This document shows, one piece after another, positions 36,775 to 44,896 of a DNA stretch of 64,000 nt. This DNA comes from Candidatus Babeliales bacterium. Lineage in GTDB: Bacteria > Babelota > Babeliae > Babelales > JANWKD01. The DNA lies in contig OY969622.1 of the NCBI GenBank assembly GCA_963701665.1, positions 320,001 to 384,000 on the forward strand. The letters are read 5' to 3'. The position numbers were made by a program, and so were the translations under genes. The notes under the pieces are model-generated. The model did not search any database. It was given only the letters and a program-made list of their open reading frames with translations, and was not told the origin of the DNA. Every line of letters starts with the position of its first letter. Positions within the stretch are counted from its first letter, which is position 1.

Positions 36775-36884
36775 ATAAGATTCAGGATTTTGAATCTGTA
36801 TTAATTCTTAAATTGGTTCTGAATGCATCCCATCAAGAGCCTGTAATTTCACTCTCGAAATAATACTTTTATGCTACAATGCTA
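36775..36884 (+). repeat. ~105-bp direct repeat, copy 2 (recombinase upstream region)
   Basis: Aligns with 35558-35663 and ends in an extended -10-like TGCTACAAT. Confidence 0.85.
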
Positions 36885-36929
36885 TGGTCTAAAAATTACA
36901 TAATAATCATAAGCATTAGAGTATTCATC

Positions 36930-38396
36930 ATGAAAGCTATTGTCATTGCTCGTGTCAGCACAGAAGAACAAAAAGAAGCGGGCTTGTCATTGCCAGCTCA
37001 AGTTATGCGCCTTGAGAATTATTGCAAAAGCAAAGATTTTGATATTGTTCAAAGCTTTAGTTTTGATGAGAGCGCCTATAAAGATGATCGTGCGGAATTT
37101 GATCGCATCTTTGATTTCATCATGCAGCAAAAAGAAAAGATTGCCATTTGTTGTGATAAAGTCGATCGGCTTTCTCGCAATATGTTTGATAAGCGCGTAT
37201 CATTTCTCTATGAAAAGGCATTGCGTGATGAAATAGAACTGCACTTTGTCTCAGATGGTCAGATCATTAATAGCCGCATTTCTGCATCTGCAGCAGAAAA
37301 ATTCCATTTTGGCATCAGCCTCGGTTTGGCAAAATATTATTCAGATGCCATTAGTGACAATGTCAAACGAGCGTTGGAGCAGAAATTACGAAAAGGCGAG
37401 TGGCCTGCAAAAGCGCCCTATGGCTATCAAAACGTGCGCTACGCCGATGGCAAAGCCGATATTATTGTTGATGAATATTCATCACGCATCATTCAAAAGG
37501 CTTTTGAACTCTATGCAACAGAAGCATTTTCAATGGATCTACTACGGCAGAAATTGAACAAAGAATATGGCTTGAATTGGTCGAAAGGGTATGTGGATCA
37601 TCTGCTTAAGCTGCAATTTTATTGTGGTATCATGGTCTGGAATGACAAAATGTTTCCTCATCGTTATCCGCCTCTTATCTCAACAGATCTTTTTAAGAAG
37701 GTGCAACAAGTGAAAATGAACTTTAACAAAAAGCCCGTCAAATATGCCGGCATGCCGTATATCTATCGTGGGCTCATTCGTTGTGCAGAATGCGACCTTG
37801 CTATAACGCCGGAAAAGCATAAAGGCTATGTGTATTATCATTGCACACAATATAACGGCAAGCATGGAGCGCAGTGGCTACGACAAGAGGAAATCACCAA
37901 GCAACTAGAAAAAGTTTTTAAGAATTTGATAATGCCACAAGAAATAGTGCAGCAAGTTGTAGCAACACTCAATGCTGTTCATTTGGAAAAAATCGAATTT
38001 CATAACAAACATTTTACGAGGCTTACTAAAGAACACAAAGAGACCACTAAAATGCTCGATTCTCTTTATATGGATAAACTCAAGGGGAGAATTACTGAGA
38101 GCGAGTATGACAGATTTTACACAACACTCCGTGATCAAATCACTGATATTGATATTCAACTAGGCCAATTACAAGAGGCTGAAGATAACTACTATATTAC
38201 GGCAAAATACATACTGGATCTATCAAGCCGAGCATATGAATTGTTTGTGAGTTCTGAAGTTGAGGAAAAACGGCAGCTTATCAAGCTTATACTATCGAAC
38301 TTAAGGCTAGAGGGGAAAAAGCTCGTATTTGACGCTAAAAAACCGTTTGATTTGATACTAGATTATGGGGATCGTCAAGCATGGTGTGCCCGATAG
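36930..38396 (+). CDS. Large serine recombinase
   Basis: ARVST catalytic Ser, DRLSRN, APYGY recombinase domain, C..C...YYHC zinc ribbon and coiled coil. The last 5 codons lie inside tRNA-Arg. Confidence 0.95.
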   Translation: MKAIVIARVSTEEQKEAGLSLPAQVMRLENYCKSKDFDIVQSFSFDESAYKDDRAEFDRIFDFIMQQKEKIAICCDKVDRLSRNMFDKRVSFLYEKALRDEIELHFVSDGQIINSRISASAAEKFHFGISLGLAKYYSDAISDNVKRALEQKLRKGEWPAKAPYGYQNVRYADGKADIIVDEYSSRIIQKAFELYATEAFSMDLLRQKLNKEYGLNWSKGYVDHLLKLQFYCGIMVWNDKMFPHRYPPLISTDLFKKVQQVKMNFNKKPVKYAGMPYIYRGLIRCAECDLAITPEKHKGYVYYHCTQYNGKHGAQWLRQEEITKQLEKVFKNLIMPQEIVQQVVATLNAVHLEKIEFHNKHFTRLTKEHKETTKMLDSLYMDKLKGRITESEYDRFYTTLRDQITDIDIQLGQLQEAEDNYYITAKYILDLSSRAYELFVSSEVEEKRQLIKLILSNLRLEGKKLVFDAKKPFDLILDYGDRQAWCAR

Positions 38397-38458
38397 GATT
38401 CGAACCTATGACCTACGGATTAGAAATCCGTTGCTCTATCCAGCTGAGCTACGGGCAC
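38382..38458 (-). tRNA. tRNA-Arg(TCT)
   Basis: GTGCCCG acceptor stem, ACGGA-TT-TCT-AA-TCCGT anticodon arm, GGTTCGAATCC T-loop and encoded CCA. Confidence 0.97.
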
Positions 38459-38522
38459 ATGGCTAAAAGATAAGATGTGAAGAAGTATATCTTAGAACAA
38501 AATTAATCTCAATGCTAAATAG

Positions 38523-38550
38523 AAAAAGCGGGCTTAAGTGCCCGCTTTTT
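38523..38550 (-). terminator. Intrinsic terminator
   Basis: AAAAAGCGGGC-ttaagt-GCCCGCTTTTT. Confidence 0.8.
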
Positions 38551-38574
38551 GTTTACAATGAAAGAAAATTTTGT

Positions 38575-38730
38575 TTATTTATTTTTGCGATACACGCGTT
38601 CAGATTTAGGAAGTTTGCTTAATGTTTTTCTAGATCTTTTAACGAGGCCTTTTTTAGTTGCAACGCGCGCATTTCTTCCATGTTTTTTAGAATTGCGGCC
38701 TTTTCTTTTATTCATTGGCTTGCTTATCAT
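38575..38730 (-). CDS. Small highly basic protein (51 aa)
   Basis: MISKPMNKRKGRNSKKHGRNARVATKKGLVKRSRKTLSKLPKSERVYRKNK*, with a purine-rich RBS and a terminator downstream. Confidence 0.65.
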   Translation of the reverse strand: MISKPMNKRKGRNSKKHGRNARVATKKGLVKRSRKTLSKLPKSERVYRKNK

Positions 38731-38853
38731 TTTGTTTCCCCTTTTTTATTGAAATATCTAACCCTTATAGAAGGATTTTTCTATTTGACAATTTTAATAA
38801 AATCAATATACTAAAATCATACTGTAAATTACAATATATTATATGGAGACTCT

Positions 38854-39912
38854 ATGCTTTTTTTTACTAAAAAATTGTTTTTTCCCATGCTATGTGCCTT
38901 ATCGATTGCATTATTGCATCAATCATCGTGCGCAATGATACATATGCCTATAGAAACTCTTTATAAATCATGGTTTAAGCCAGATCGTCGCTTGCCAACA
39001 CTTGAGCAACTGAATATTGTTACCTTTTTGCCAATCGAGCATTGTGCAGATGAAAAAACGATTATTAATGAAGATACACATGGCCGCAGTGAAATTATAA
39101 AATTACTTGAAAAAAGGGAAGGAATAATCAAAGTCGGCGATAAACTGTATAGGGTTCACCGTGGCATTCCCGAAGAAATTAGCGCCATCAAAGAGCCAAT
39201 TAATCTCTATCTGGGTGGCGTTTCCAACGCATGTAACCCGCATGCTTTTTCCATCTATAAAGGAATCAAAGAGGGGACGATGCAAGGTGCTTGCGTAATA
39301 TTTGAATGTCCCGAAACTCGTCGTAGTTTTAATTTTTGCCAAGAACAAGATCTTCATTGTGTTGAACTTGCTTATAATGATCTTTTAAAAAAACATGCTG
39401 ATGCTCAAGTTATTTTAAAAGGTGGTTGTAAAGGAGCATCAGTTCTTTTGCGTTTTCTAGCAGAAAAAGCTGAAGCTGGTGATATTGATAGCTTAAAAAA
39501 TATTAAAGCGTTTATTGCGAGTTATCCTCCAATTTCAGTGAAAGATGCGTTAAAAGATATTCGTTATGGCGGAGCGCTGGGTTATTGGTTCTGTCGATTT
39601 ACCTTGCCAAATTATAATCCTCATGCAAAAACAATTTTTGATGCAACAGCTTTTCCTAAGGATATTCCTGTGCTTCTTTCATGCCTTCCACAAGGATTTG
39701 ATAGGATGACTGATCGTGATGAAATGGAACGAATCGAAAAGCATCTCACTTGCCTGGGGGCAAACATAGAATTCTTTGTATCTAAAGGTTTTGCAAAAGA
39801 TAGCAATGGCAAAGAGATAAAACTTGGCCATGGAAAATTAGGCAGGGCACAAGATTATCGAGAAACAGTGAAAGAATTTTTGGCAAAGCATACGTCACTA
39901 AAAGATACTTAA
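38854..39912 (+). CDS. Secreted alpha/beta-hydrolase-like protein
   Basis: Signal peptide; GGCKGAS resembles a nucleophile elbow with Cys; downstream D and H candidates. TTGACA/TATACT promoter upstream. Confidence 0.55.
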   Translation: MLFFTKKLFFPMLCALSIALLHQSSCAMIHMPIETLYKSWFKPDRRLPTLEQLNIVTFLPIEHCADEKTIINEDTHGRSEIIKLLEKREGIIKVGDKLYRVHRGIPEEISAIKEPINLYLGGVSNACNPHAFSIYKGIKEGTMQGACVIFECPETRRSFNFCQEQDLHCVELAYNDLLKKHADAQVILKGGCKGASVLLRFLAEKAEAGDIDSLKNIKAFIASYPPISVKDALKDIRYGGALGYWFCRFTLPNYNPHAKTIFDATAFPKDIPVLLSCLPQGFDRMTDRDEMERIEKHLTCLGANIEFFVSKGFAKDSNGKEIKLGHGKLGRAQDYRETVKEFLAKHTSLKDT

Positions 39913-40424
39913 TAAAGATTATTAATAAGCAATGCCTTGATTTGATTACTATCAACTAAGTTTGGATTAATTTCAAAAAAATATAATAATTGCCATGCTT
40001 GTGTTTTTATTGCCTGTGGACTTTTTGGTATATCCCACGATGGATAAACTCTCAATGCCCTTTTTCTATCCTGTTCGTTTTTGGATAAAATTTTATGCTC
40101 TAGTAATATATGTTTTGGAAAAATAAAGTATCCGAAGCGATTGCCATGCCGAGCATTAACTATCAATATATCAAATTGATCTTGTACATCATAAGGAATA
40201 ATAGTCCCAACTTTATTTCGTTTCCAAAAAGTTACAAATTGACCGACTTTGGTGGGAGTTATTTTTGCTGTTCTAAATTTAACAATATGATCTTGAAGCT
40301 TAAATTGACAAGCCCCATATTCTTGGCTTTCTTTTTCAATTATTACATCTGTACTTGTCATACCCATCGGTTCAAATAGATATTTTTGAGCAATAAGAAG
40401 TTCAGAATAAATATTTGCACTCAT
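39909..40424 (-). CDS. MepB family protein
   Basis: ESQEYGA, FRTAKITPTKVGQFVTFWKR and RVYPSW motifs. Confidence 0.9.
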   Translation of the reverse strand: MSANIYSELLIAQKYLFEPMGMTSTDVIIEKESQEYGACQFKLQDHIVKFRTAKITPTKVGQFVTFWKRNKVGTIIPYDVQDQFDILIVNARHGNRFGYFIFPKHILLEHKILSKNEQDRKRALRVYPSWDIPKSPQAIKTQAWQLLYFFEINPNLVDSNQIKALLINNLY

Positions 40425-40444
40425 AGTTTTGCGTTACGATCTTT

Positions 40445-41950
40445 TTACTGCGACTGTGATACGTATATTTTATCAAATTCTTTCGCAGCATCGAGAAGTA
40501 ATGCATGATTCTTATCACTCAAATCTTTTGACGTAGCGATTGAATCATACACTTCGTGATATACCGATTTAACATAACTCAAAAATTGAAGAGCAAAAAG
40601 TTGCACGTCTTTGAGTGGAATAGGTGCCAAAATATTCTCACGCAGTAAGAATAATAAGACGGTTTCATCAATGAAGGAATACGTGATGTGTTGTGGCTGT
40701 TTGAGCAGTTCAACGGCAAGTGCGCCACGAGTAAGTCGTTTTTGAGAAATGATATCAAGTTCTGTGCCAAATTGTGAAAAATCAAGCAACTCATGATACT
40801 GAGCAAGTTCCAAGCGCAATGCTTTGGTAACTTTTTTAATTGCTTTTGTCTGTGCAGCACTGCCAACACGCGATACTGATAATTCTACGTTCACGGCCGG
40901 GCGAATGCCTTGGTTGAATAATTTTGTATCTAAGAAAATTTGGCCATCAGTGATCGAAATTAAATTTGTTGGAATGTATGCCGTGATATCATCACCTTGA
41001 ATTTGAACGATTGGCAATGCCGTCAATGAGCCGCCGCTCAACAATTTACCCGCACGTTCAAGTAAGCGCGAGTGCAAGAAAAATACATCGCCAGGATATG
41101 CTTCGCGTCCAGGTGGTCGGCGCAATAAGAGTGACATTTCACGGTAGGCGATTGCATGATTACTGAGATCGTCGTAGACCACTAACACATCTTGGCCGTT
41201 ATCACGGAAATATTCGCCAATTGTGCAGCCAACATATGGTGCTAAATATTGATTCAACACTGATTCAGCAGCATCTGCAGCAACAATGACGCAATATTCT
41301 AGGGCATTATGCTCTTCAAGAGTACGGATCATGCGCGCTAGATTTGCTTGTCGTTGGCCGATGGATACATAAATACAAAAAACATTTTTACCTTTTTGAT
41401 TCAAAATGGCATCAAATGCAAGTGCTGTTTTGCCGGTATTTCTGTTGCCAACGATAAGCTCACGTTGGCCTTTACCAATGGGAAATAACGCATCAACAAC
41501 GAGCGTTCCAGTTTGCAGTGGCTCATCGATCGGGCTGCGCTCGATAATGCCAGGAGCCATTGCTTCAACAGAGCGGAACTCGCTCGCAACAATGTCGCCT
41601 AAACCATCAATGGGGACACCAATTGCATTCACCGTGCGGCCTAAAAGGGTATTGCCAACAGGAATTTTGAAGACGCTGCCTGTGCGTTTTGCCACTTCAA
41701 GCTCAGCAACGGGAACCGCTGTATATAATAAGAAAATAGCAACGTAATCTTCTTCAAGGCTTAAAATAATTCCTTTATTGCCACCTTCAAATTCGATGAG
41801 TTCGCCATAGATTGCTTTCTTAAGGCCATAGACTTTCGCGATATTATCACCAACTTGAATAACAATACCAATCTCTTCTAAAGTGCCTTGAGGAGTACCT
41901 TGTAATGATTTTTCAAAAAGTGAAACGAGATCAGCACTTTTTATATTCAT
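40445..41950 (-). CDS. atpA: F1 ATP synthase subunit alpha
   Basis: PIGKGQRELI.G.R.TGKT, RRPPGREAYPGDVF and SITDGQI motifs. Confidence 0.98.
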   Translation of the reverse strand: MNIKSADLVSLFEKSLQGTPQGTLEEIGIVIQVGDNIAKVYGLKKAIYGELIEFEGGNKGIILSLEEDYVAIFLLYTAVPVAELEVAKRTGSVFKIPVGNTLLGRTVNAIGVPIDGLGDIVASEFRSVEAMAPGIIERSPIDEPLQTGTLVVDALFPIGKGQRELIVGNRNTGKTALAFDAILNQKGKNVFCIYVSIGQRQANLARMIRTLEEHNALEYCVIVAADAAESVLNQYLAPYVGCTIGEYFRDNGQDVLVVYDDLSNHAIAYREMSLLLRRPPGREAYPGDVFFLHSRLLERAGKLLSGGSLTALPIVQIQGDDITAYIPTNLISITDGQIFLDTKLFNQGIRPAVNVELSVSRVGSAAQTKAIKKVTKALRLELAQYHELLDFSQFGTELDIISQKRLTRGALAVELLKQPQHITYSFIDETVLLFLLRENILAPIPLKDVQLFALQFLSYVKSVYHEVYDSIATSKDLSDKNHALLLDAAKEFDKIYVSQSQ

Positions 41951-41958
41951 GATAATCC

Positions 41959-42495
41959 TTATATCTCATTGTTTTTTAAAGCTCGTAATTGTTGAGCGAG
42001 CGAATATTCTAAAAGAAATGTGCTGCTTTGTGCGCGAATGCCAGCGATGAGTTCTTTATCTATTGTGGTAGTCGCTATGATCGAGCGGCCTGTTTTTGCG
42101 GCAAGATATTTTTTTACGCTATCAAGCTGATTATTTGATAAAGCCTGAGCACTTTTAATGGAAAATGGCATAATGCCATGCCGCTCTTGATAGAGCTCTA
42201 TAATGTTGTTACATACATCTGCAAGTAATTCAATTCTTTGATCTTCAAATAACAAATGCACTATCGGTGTTAGCGATGCAGGTATCTGTGCTGTGGCAAG
42301 AAAATGTTCTAGGCATTGCTTTTTTTGCGCCGGCGAAAGTGCAGGCACCATGAGTAAAACGAGTAATGAGTGGTGTTTTTGTATGTACGGGAGTGCTTTG
42401 ATAAGATCATCATAATCTTGGTTTGTGAATGAATTACTAAAAACGTTTAAAAAAGCAGTAGCATATTTTTTTGCAAGAATAGAACGGCTGTTCAT
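41959..42495 (-). CDS. atpH: ATP synthase subunit delta
   Basis: A..YA.A N-terminus, IDKELIAGI; position in the operon. Confidence 0.88.
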   Translation of the reverse strand: MNSRSILAKKYATAFLNVFSNSFTNQDYDDLIKALPYIQKHHSLLVLLMVPALSPAQKKQCLEHFLATAQIPASLTPIVHLLFEDQRIELLADVCNNIIELYQERHGIMPFSIKSAQALSNNQLDSVKKYLAAKTGRSIIATTTIDKELIAGIRAQSSTFLLEYSLAQQLRALKNNEI

Positions 42496-42986
42496 GCATG
42501 ATCCTCGAGATGCTGAAAGAGTGTATCGATATATGCTTGCGCGCGTGCGGGATCTTGATACTGTTGTGTAAGTATTTCTTTCGTGTTTGTGATAATTTTA
42601 GGAATAGCATGGTGATATGCTTCCTTTTTTGCGCGATAGACTTCTTGTTGTTCTATTTTTTGTTCAAGAAGACGTTGCAGATGCTGATTATTTTCTCCTT
42701 GCTCGCGCATCTGTTTATTATGGGTAGTTGCCCATCCCTCAATTTTCTTTTGTAACACTTTCGCAATTAATGCTTGTTGAGCAATAGCAGTTTCTATATT
42801 TGCTTCCTGGTTTTGCAATCCTCGACGTTCATGTTCAAGGTTAGGAATGATGGCCTGGCGTTCACGCATTTTTTGATAGAGCTGTGCGAGCAGTTTTTTA
42901 TGAATATAATACCAACAGAGTGCTATGAAAATAGCAAAGTTAAGAACTTTGAATAGAGCGGTGATGAGCAACGCTTTATCACTCAT
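42492..42986 (-). CDS. atpF: ATP synthase subunit b
   Basis: LNF.IF TM segment plus coiled coil; position in the operon. Confidence 0.75.
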   Translation of the reverse strand: MSDKALLITALFKVLNFAIFIALCWYYIHKKLLAQLYQKMRERQAIIPNLEHERRGLQNQEANIETAIAQQALIAKVLQKKIEGWATTHNKQMREQGENNQHLQRLLEQKIEQQEVYRAKKEAYHHAIPKIITNTKEILTQQYQDPARAQAYIDTLFQHLEDHA

Positions 42987-43332
42987 GAGTAAGCCTTGCT
43001 ACTAACGCGTGAGCAACTTCTTTTGTATCAATGTTGATAGCAGGATGAACGCGCGTTTTGTGTGCGAGGGTGATTGATTGGCGAATCTCGTGATCAACGC
43101 GTGGTATTGTTTGAGCAAAACTAATTTGAAATTCACGCCATTGTTCATGCTTGAACTGTTCCTTCATGCCTACCCGCTCTTGAGCCTGTTTTAAGAGATC
43201 TTGGTGTTCTTTTTTTTCATTGAGGTCATTCATCATAGCGCGTGTCCATGGTTTGATCAACAAACGTTCAAGAATAATAAAACCAATGATGATGTGAATG
43301 ATCTGGACAAAAAAAGTGGCATTAAAATTCAA
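42979..43332 (-). CDS. ATP synthase subunit b' (divergent)
   Basis: N.TFFVQ..H TM segment and L.KP; TTG start; lies between atpE and atpF. Confidence 0.7.
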   Translation of the reverse strand: MNFNATFFVQIIHIIIGFIILERLLIKPWTRAMMNDLNEKKEHQDLLKQAQERVGMKEQFKHEQWREFQISFAQTIPRVDHEIRQSITLAHKTRVHPAINIDTKEVAHALVARLTHE

Positions 43333-43343
43333 TTGTGGGACCT

Positions 43344-43592
43344 TTAGCGATTAAAAAAGATAAGGATCAAAGCAATAAGAAGTGCATATAATGCTGAAGA
43401 TTCCACAATAGCTAATGCCATAAACATTGTTTTAGTAATGTTATTAGCGCTTTCAGGGTACTTACCTATGTTCTTACATGCTTCAGCGCCGATTAATCCC
43501 TGGCCATACGCGGGCGCAATACAACCGATTCCCATAACAAGTGCCGCCCCGATCGAAGCTGCCGCTTTGACAATATAGATTCCGTCTTCCAT
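43344..43592 (-). CDS. atpE: ATP synthase subunit c
   Basis: Two TM helices with PAYGQG, YPE loop and ESSALY. Confidence 0.95.
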   Translation of the reverse strand: MEDGIYIVKAAASIGAALVMGIGCIAPAYGQGLIGAEACKNIGKYPESANNITKTMFMALAIVESSALYALLIALILIFFNR

Positions 43593-43805
43593 GATCGTTC
43601 CCCACTGTAGTAATATGATTTGATAAATTTATTTTAGTTTAACTCTCTTTTTTGAATTTTTACAAGGATGATACAGCATTTTTTTCAAATTATAAGCAAA
43701 AATGGCATAATTGTAGGGTTTAAAGCTATTTTTGGTAAGAAAGTTCGAATTTTTCAGATATTGAGCTACTATTGGGGAAGCACACCAAAAAGAAAGGAAT
43801 AAGCG

Positions 43806-44198
43806 ATGAAAAAAGTCATATATGTTTGTATACTGCTAGCTTCATTTTCCTCTGCTCTTTATGCAATGGAAGATGCCTTATCGGTCGAACTACAGGCGCA
43901 AAAAGCATTTGCTGAGGAAAGAGCAGCTAATAAAAAGACAATTGAGGATCTGAAAAAACGTGTCGCAGCAATGGAAAGGCTGCAAAAATCTATTATTGTC
44001 CATGACCAAATGCAATTAAAAACCTATAGAAAATATGCACGTGACTTAGACCCTAATTATGTGTTGCCCAATGGTGAATTTAATGTGGGATACTATGAAG
44101 CAACAAAGGAGAAGCAGGCGAAAGAGAAGAAATGGGCGGTAGAAAAACTTGAGCACGTATTAGTACTAGCGCAGAATATGGAAAACACAAAGAAATAG
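43806..44198 (+). CDS. Secreted coiled-coil hypothetical protein (paralog 1)
   Basis: Signal peptide followed by MED; RKYARDLDPNYVLPNGEFNV. Confidence 0.75.
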   Translation: MKKVIYVCILLASFSSALYAMEDALSVELQAQKAFAEERAANKKTIEDLKKRVAAMERLQKSIIVHDQMQLKTYRKYARDLDPNYVLPNGEFNVGYYEATKEKQAKEKKWAVEKLEHVLVLAQNMENTKK

Positions 44199-44241
44199 AT
44201 GCCATAATAGTTAAACATCAATAAAACGAAAGGAATTATCA

Positions 44242-44895
44242 ATGAAAAAATTTGCAAAAGTTTGTGTATTATTTGTATCTTCATCTGTTCTTTATGGCAT
44301 GGACAGTATATCTCGAGATCTTTCCGAGCTGGAAAAAAGCCTTATGAAAAGCGAAATTGATGAGCTGAGAGAACGTATTGAAATGGTAGAGAAGCACCAT
44401 AAAGATATCATGAATATATTACGTGGTCGGCCAGAACTGGTTATTATGAGTGAGGTGCTTCAAGTTATACCGGATGAAAAAAGAACACCAGCCCAAAAGC
44501 AACTTGCAGTTTTTAGAAAATTTGCCAGAGACATGCATCGCGATTATGTACTGCCTACTGGTGAATTTAATGTAGAATTCTATCTAGAACGCAAAGAAAG
44601 AATTAGAAAGTCAAAACTATATAAAGATCTTGCGGAAAATTTAGATGGATATATAGATAGAAAAAAGAAAGAATTAGTTGTAGAGGAAGCAGAAGAAAAG
44701 AGGCAGCCGGACGTCGACGCATTTAAAAAAGCTGAAGCAGAGTACTACGAGGCAAAAAGGGTTAGAGAAACATTTTTAGCTACCAGACAAGAATACAAGG
44801 CAAATAGAAGTAGCAAGAAGAGAAGCCAAAGCGATTCTGGCCCGCGAAGCCCTCGCTACCTATGTAGCAGCGAGAAACAACATAAAGATAACTAG
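44242..44895 (+). CDS. Secreted coiled-coil hypothetical protein (paralog 2)
   Basis: Signal peptide followed by MDS; RKFARDMHRDYVLPTGEFNV. Confidence 0.75.
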   Translation: MKKFAKVCVLFVSSSVLYGMDSISRDLSELEKSLMKSEIDELRERIEMVEKHHKDIMNILRGRPELVIMSEVLQVIPDEKRTPAQKQLAVFRKFARDMHRDYVLPTGEFNVEFYLERKERIRKSKLYKDLAENLDGYIDRKKKELVVEEAEEKRQPDVDAFKKAEAEYYEAKRVRETFLATRQEYKANRSSKKRSQSDSGPRSPRYLCSSEKQHKDN

Positions 44896-44896
44896 G

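Larger units (their letters stand above)
30791..38387 (+). mobile_element. Integrative element at tRNA-Arg (serine recombinase, Rep, Fic, TA pair, cargo)
   Basis: Bounded by TGGTGT at 30791-30796 and 38382-38387. The recombinase runs into the tRNA 3' end and the element carries Rep and TA genes. Confidence 0.75.

Noticed and set aside
4448..38400. CRISPR array
   Set aside because: The repeats are dispersed or separated by whole genes; there is no regular repeat-spacer period and no cas genes.
27500..38400. Classical integron or prophage
   Set aside because: There is no tyrosine IntI, no canonical attC boxes were recognised, and there are no capsid, terminase or tail genes.
38549..38752. 67-aa + strand ORF
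   Set aside because: It is the antisense of the better-supported basic protein 38575-38730.
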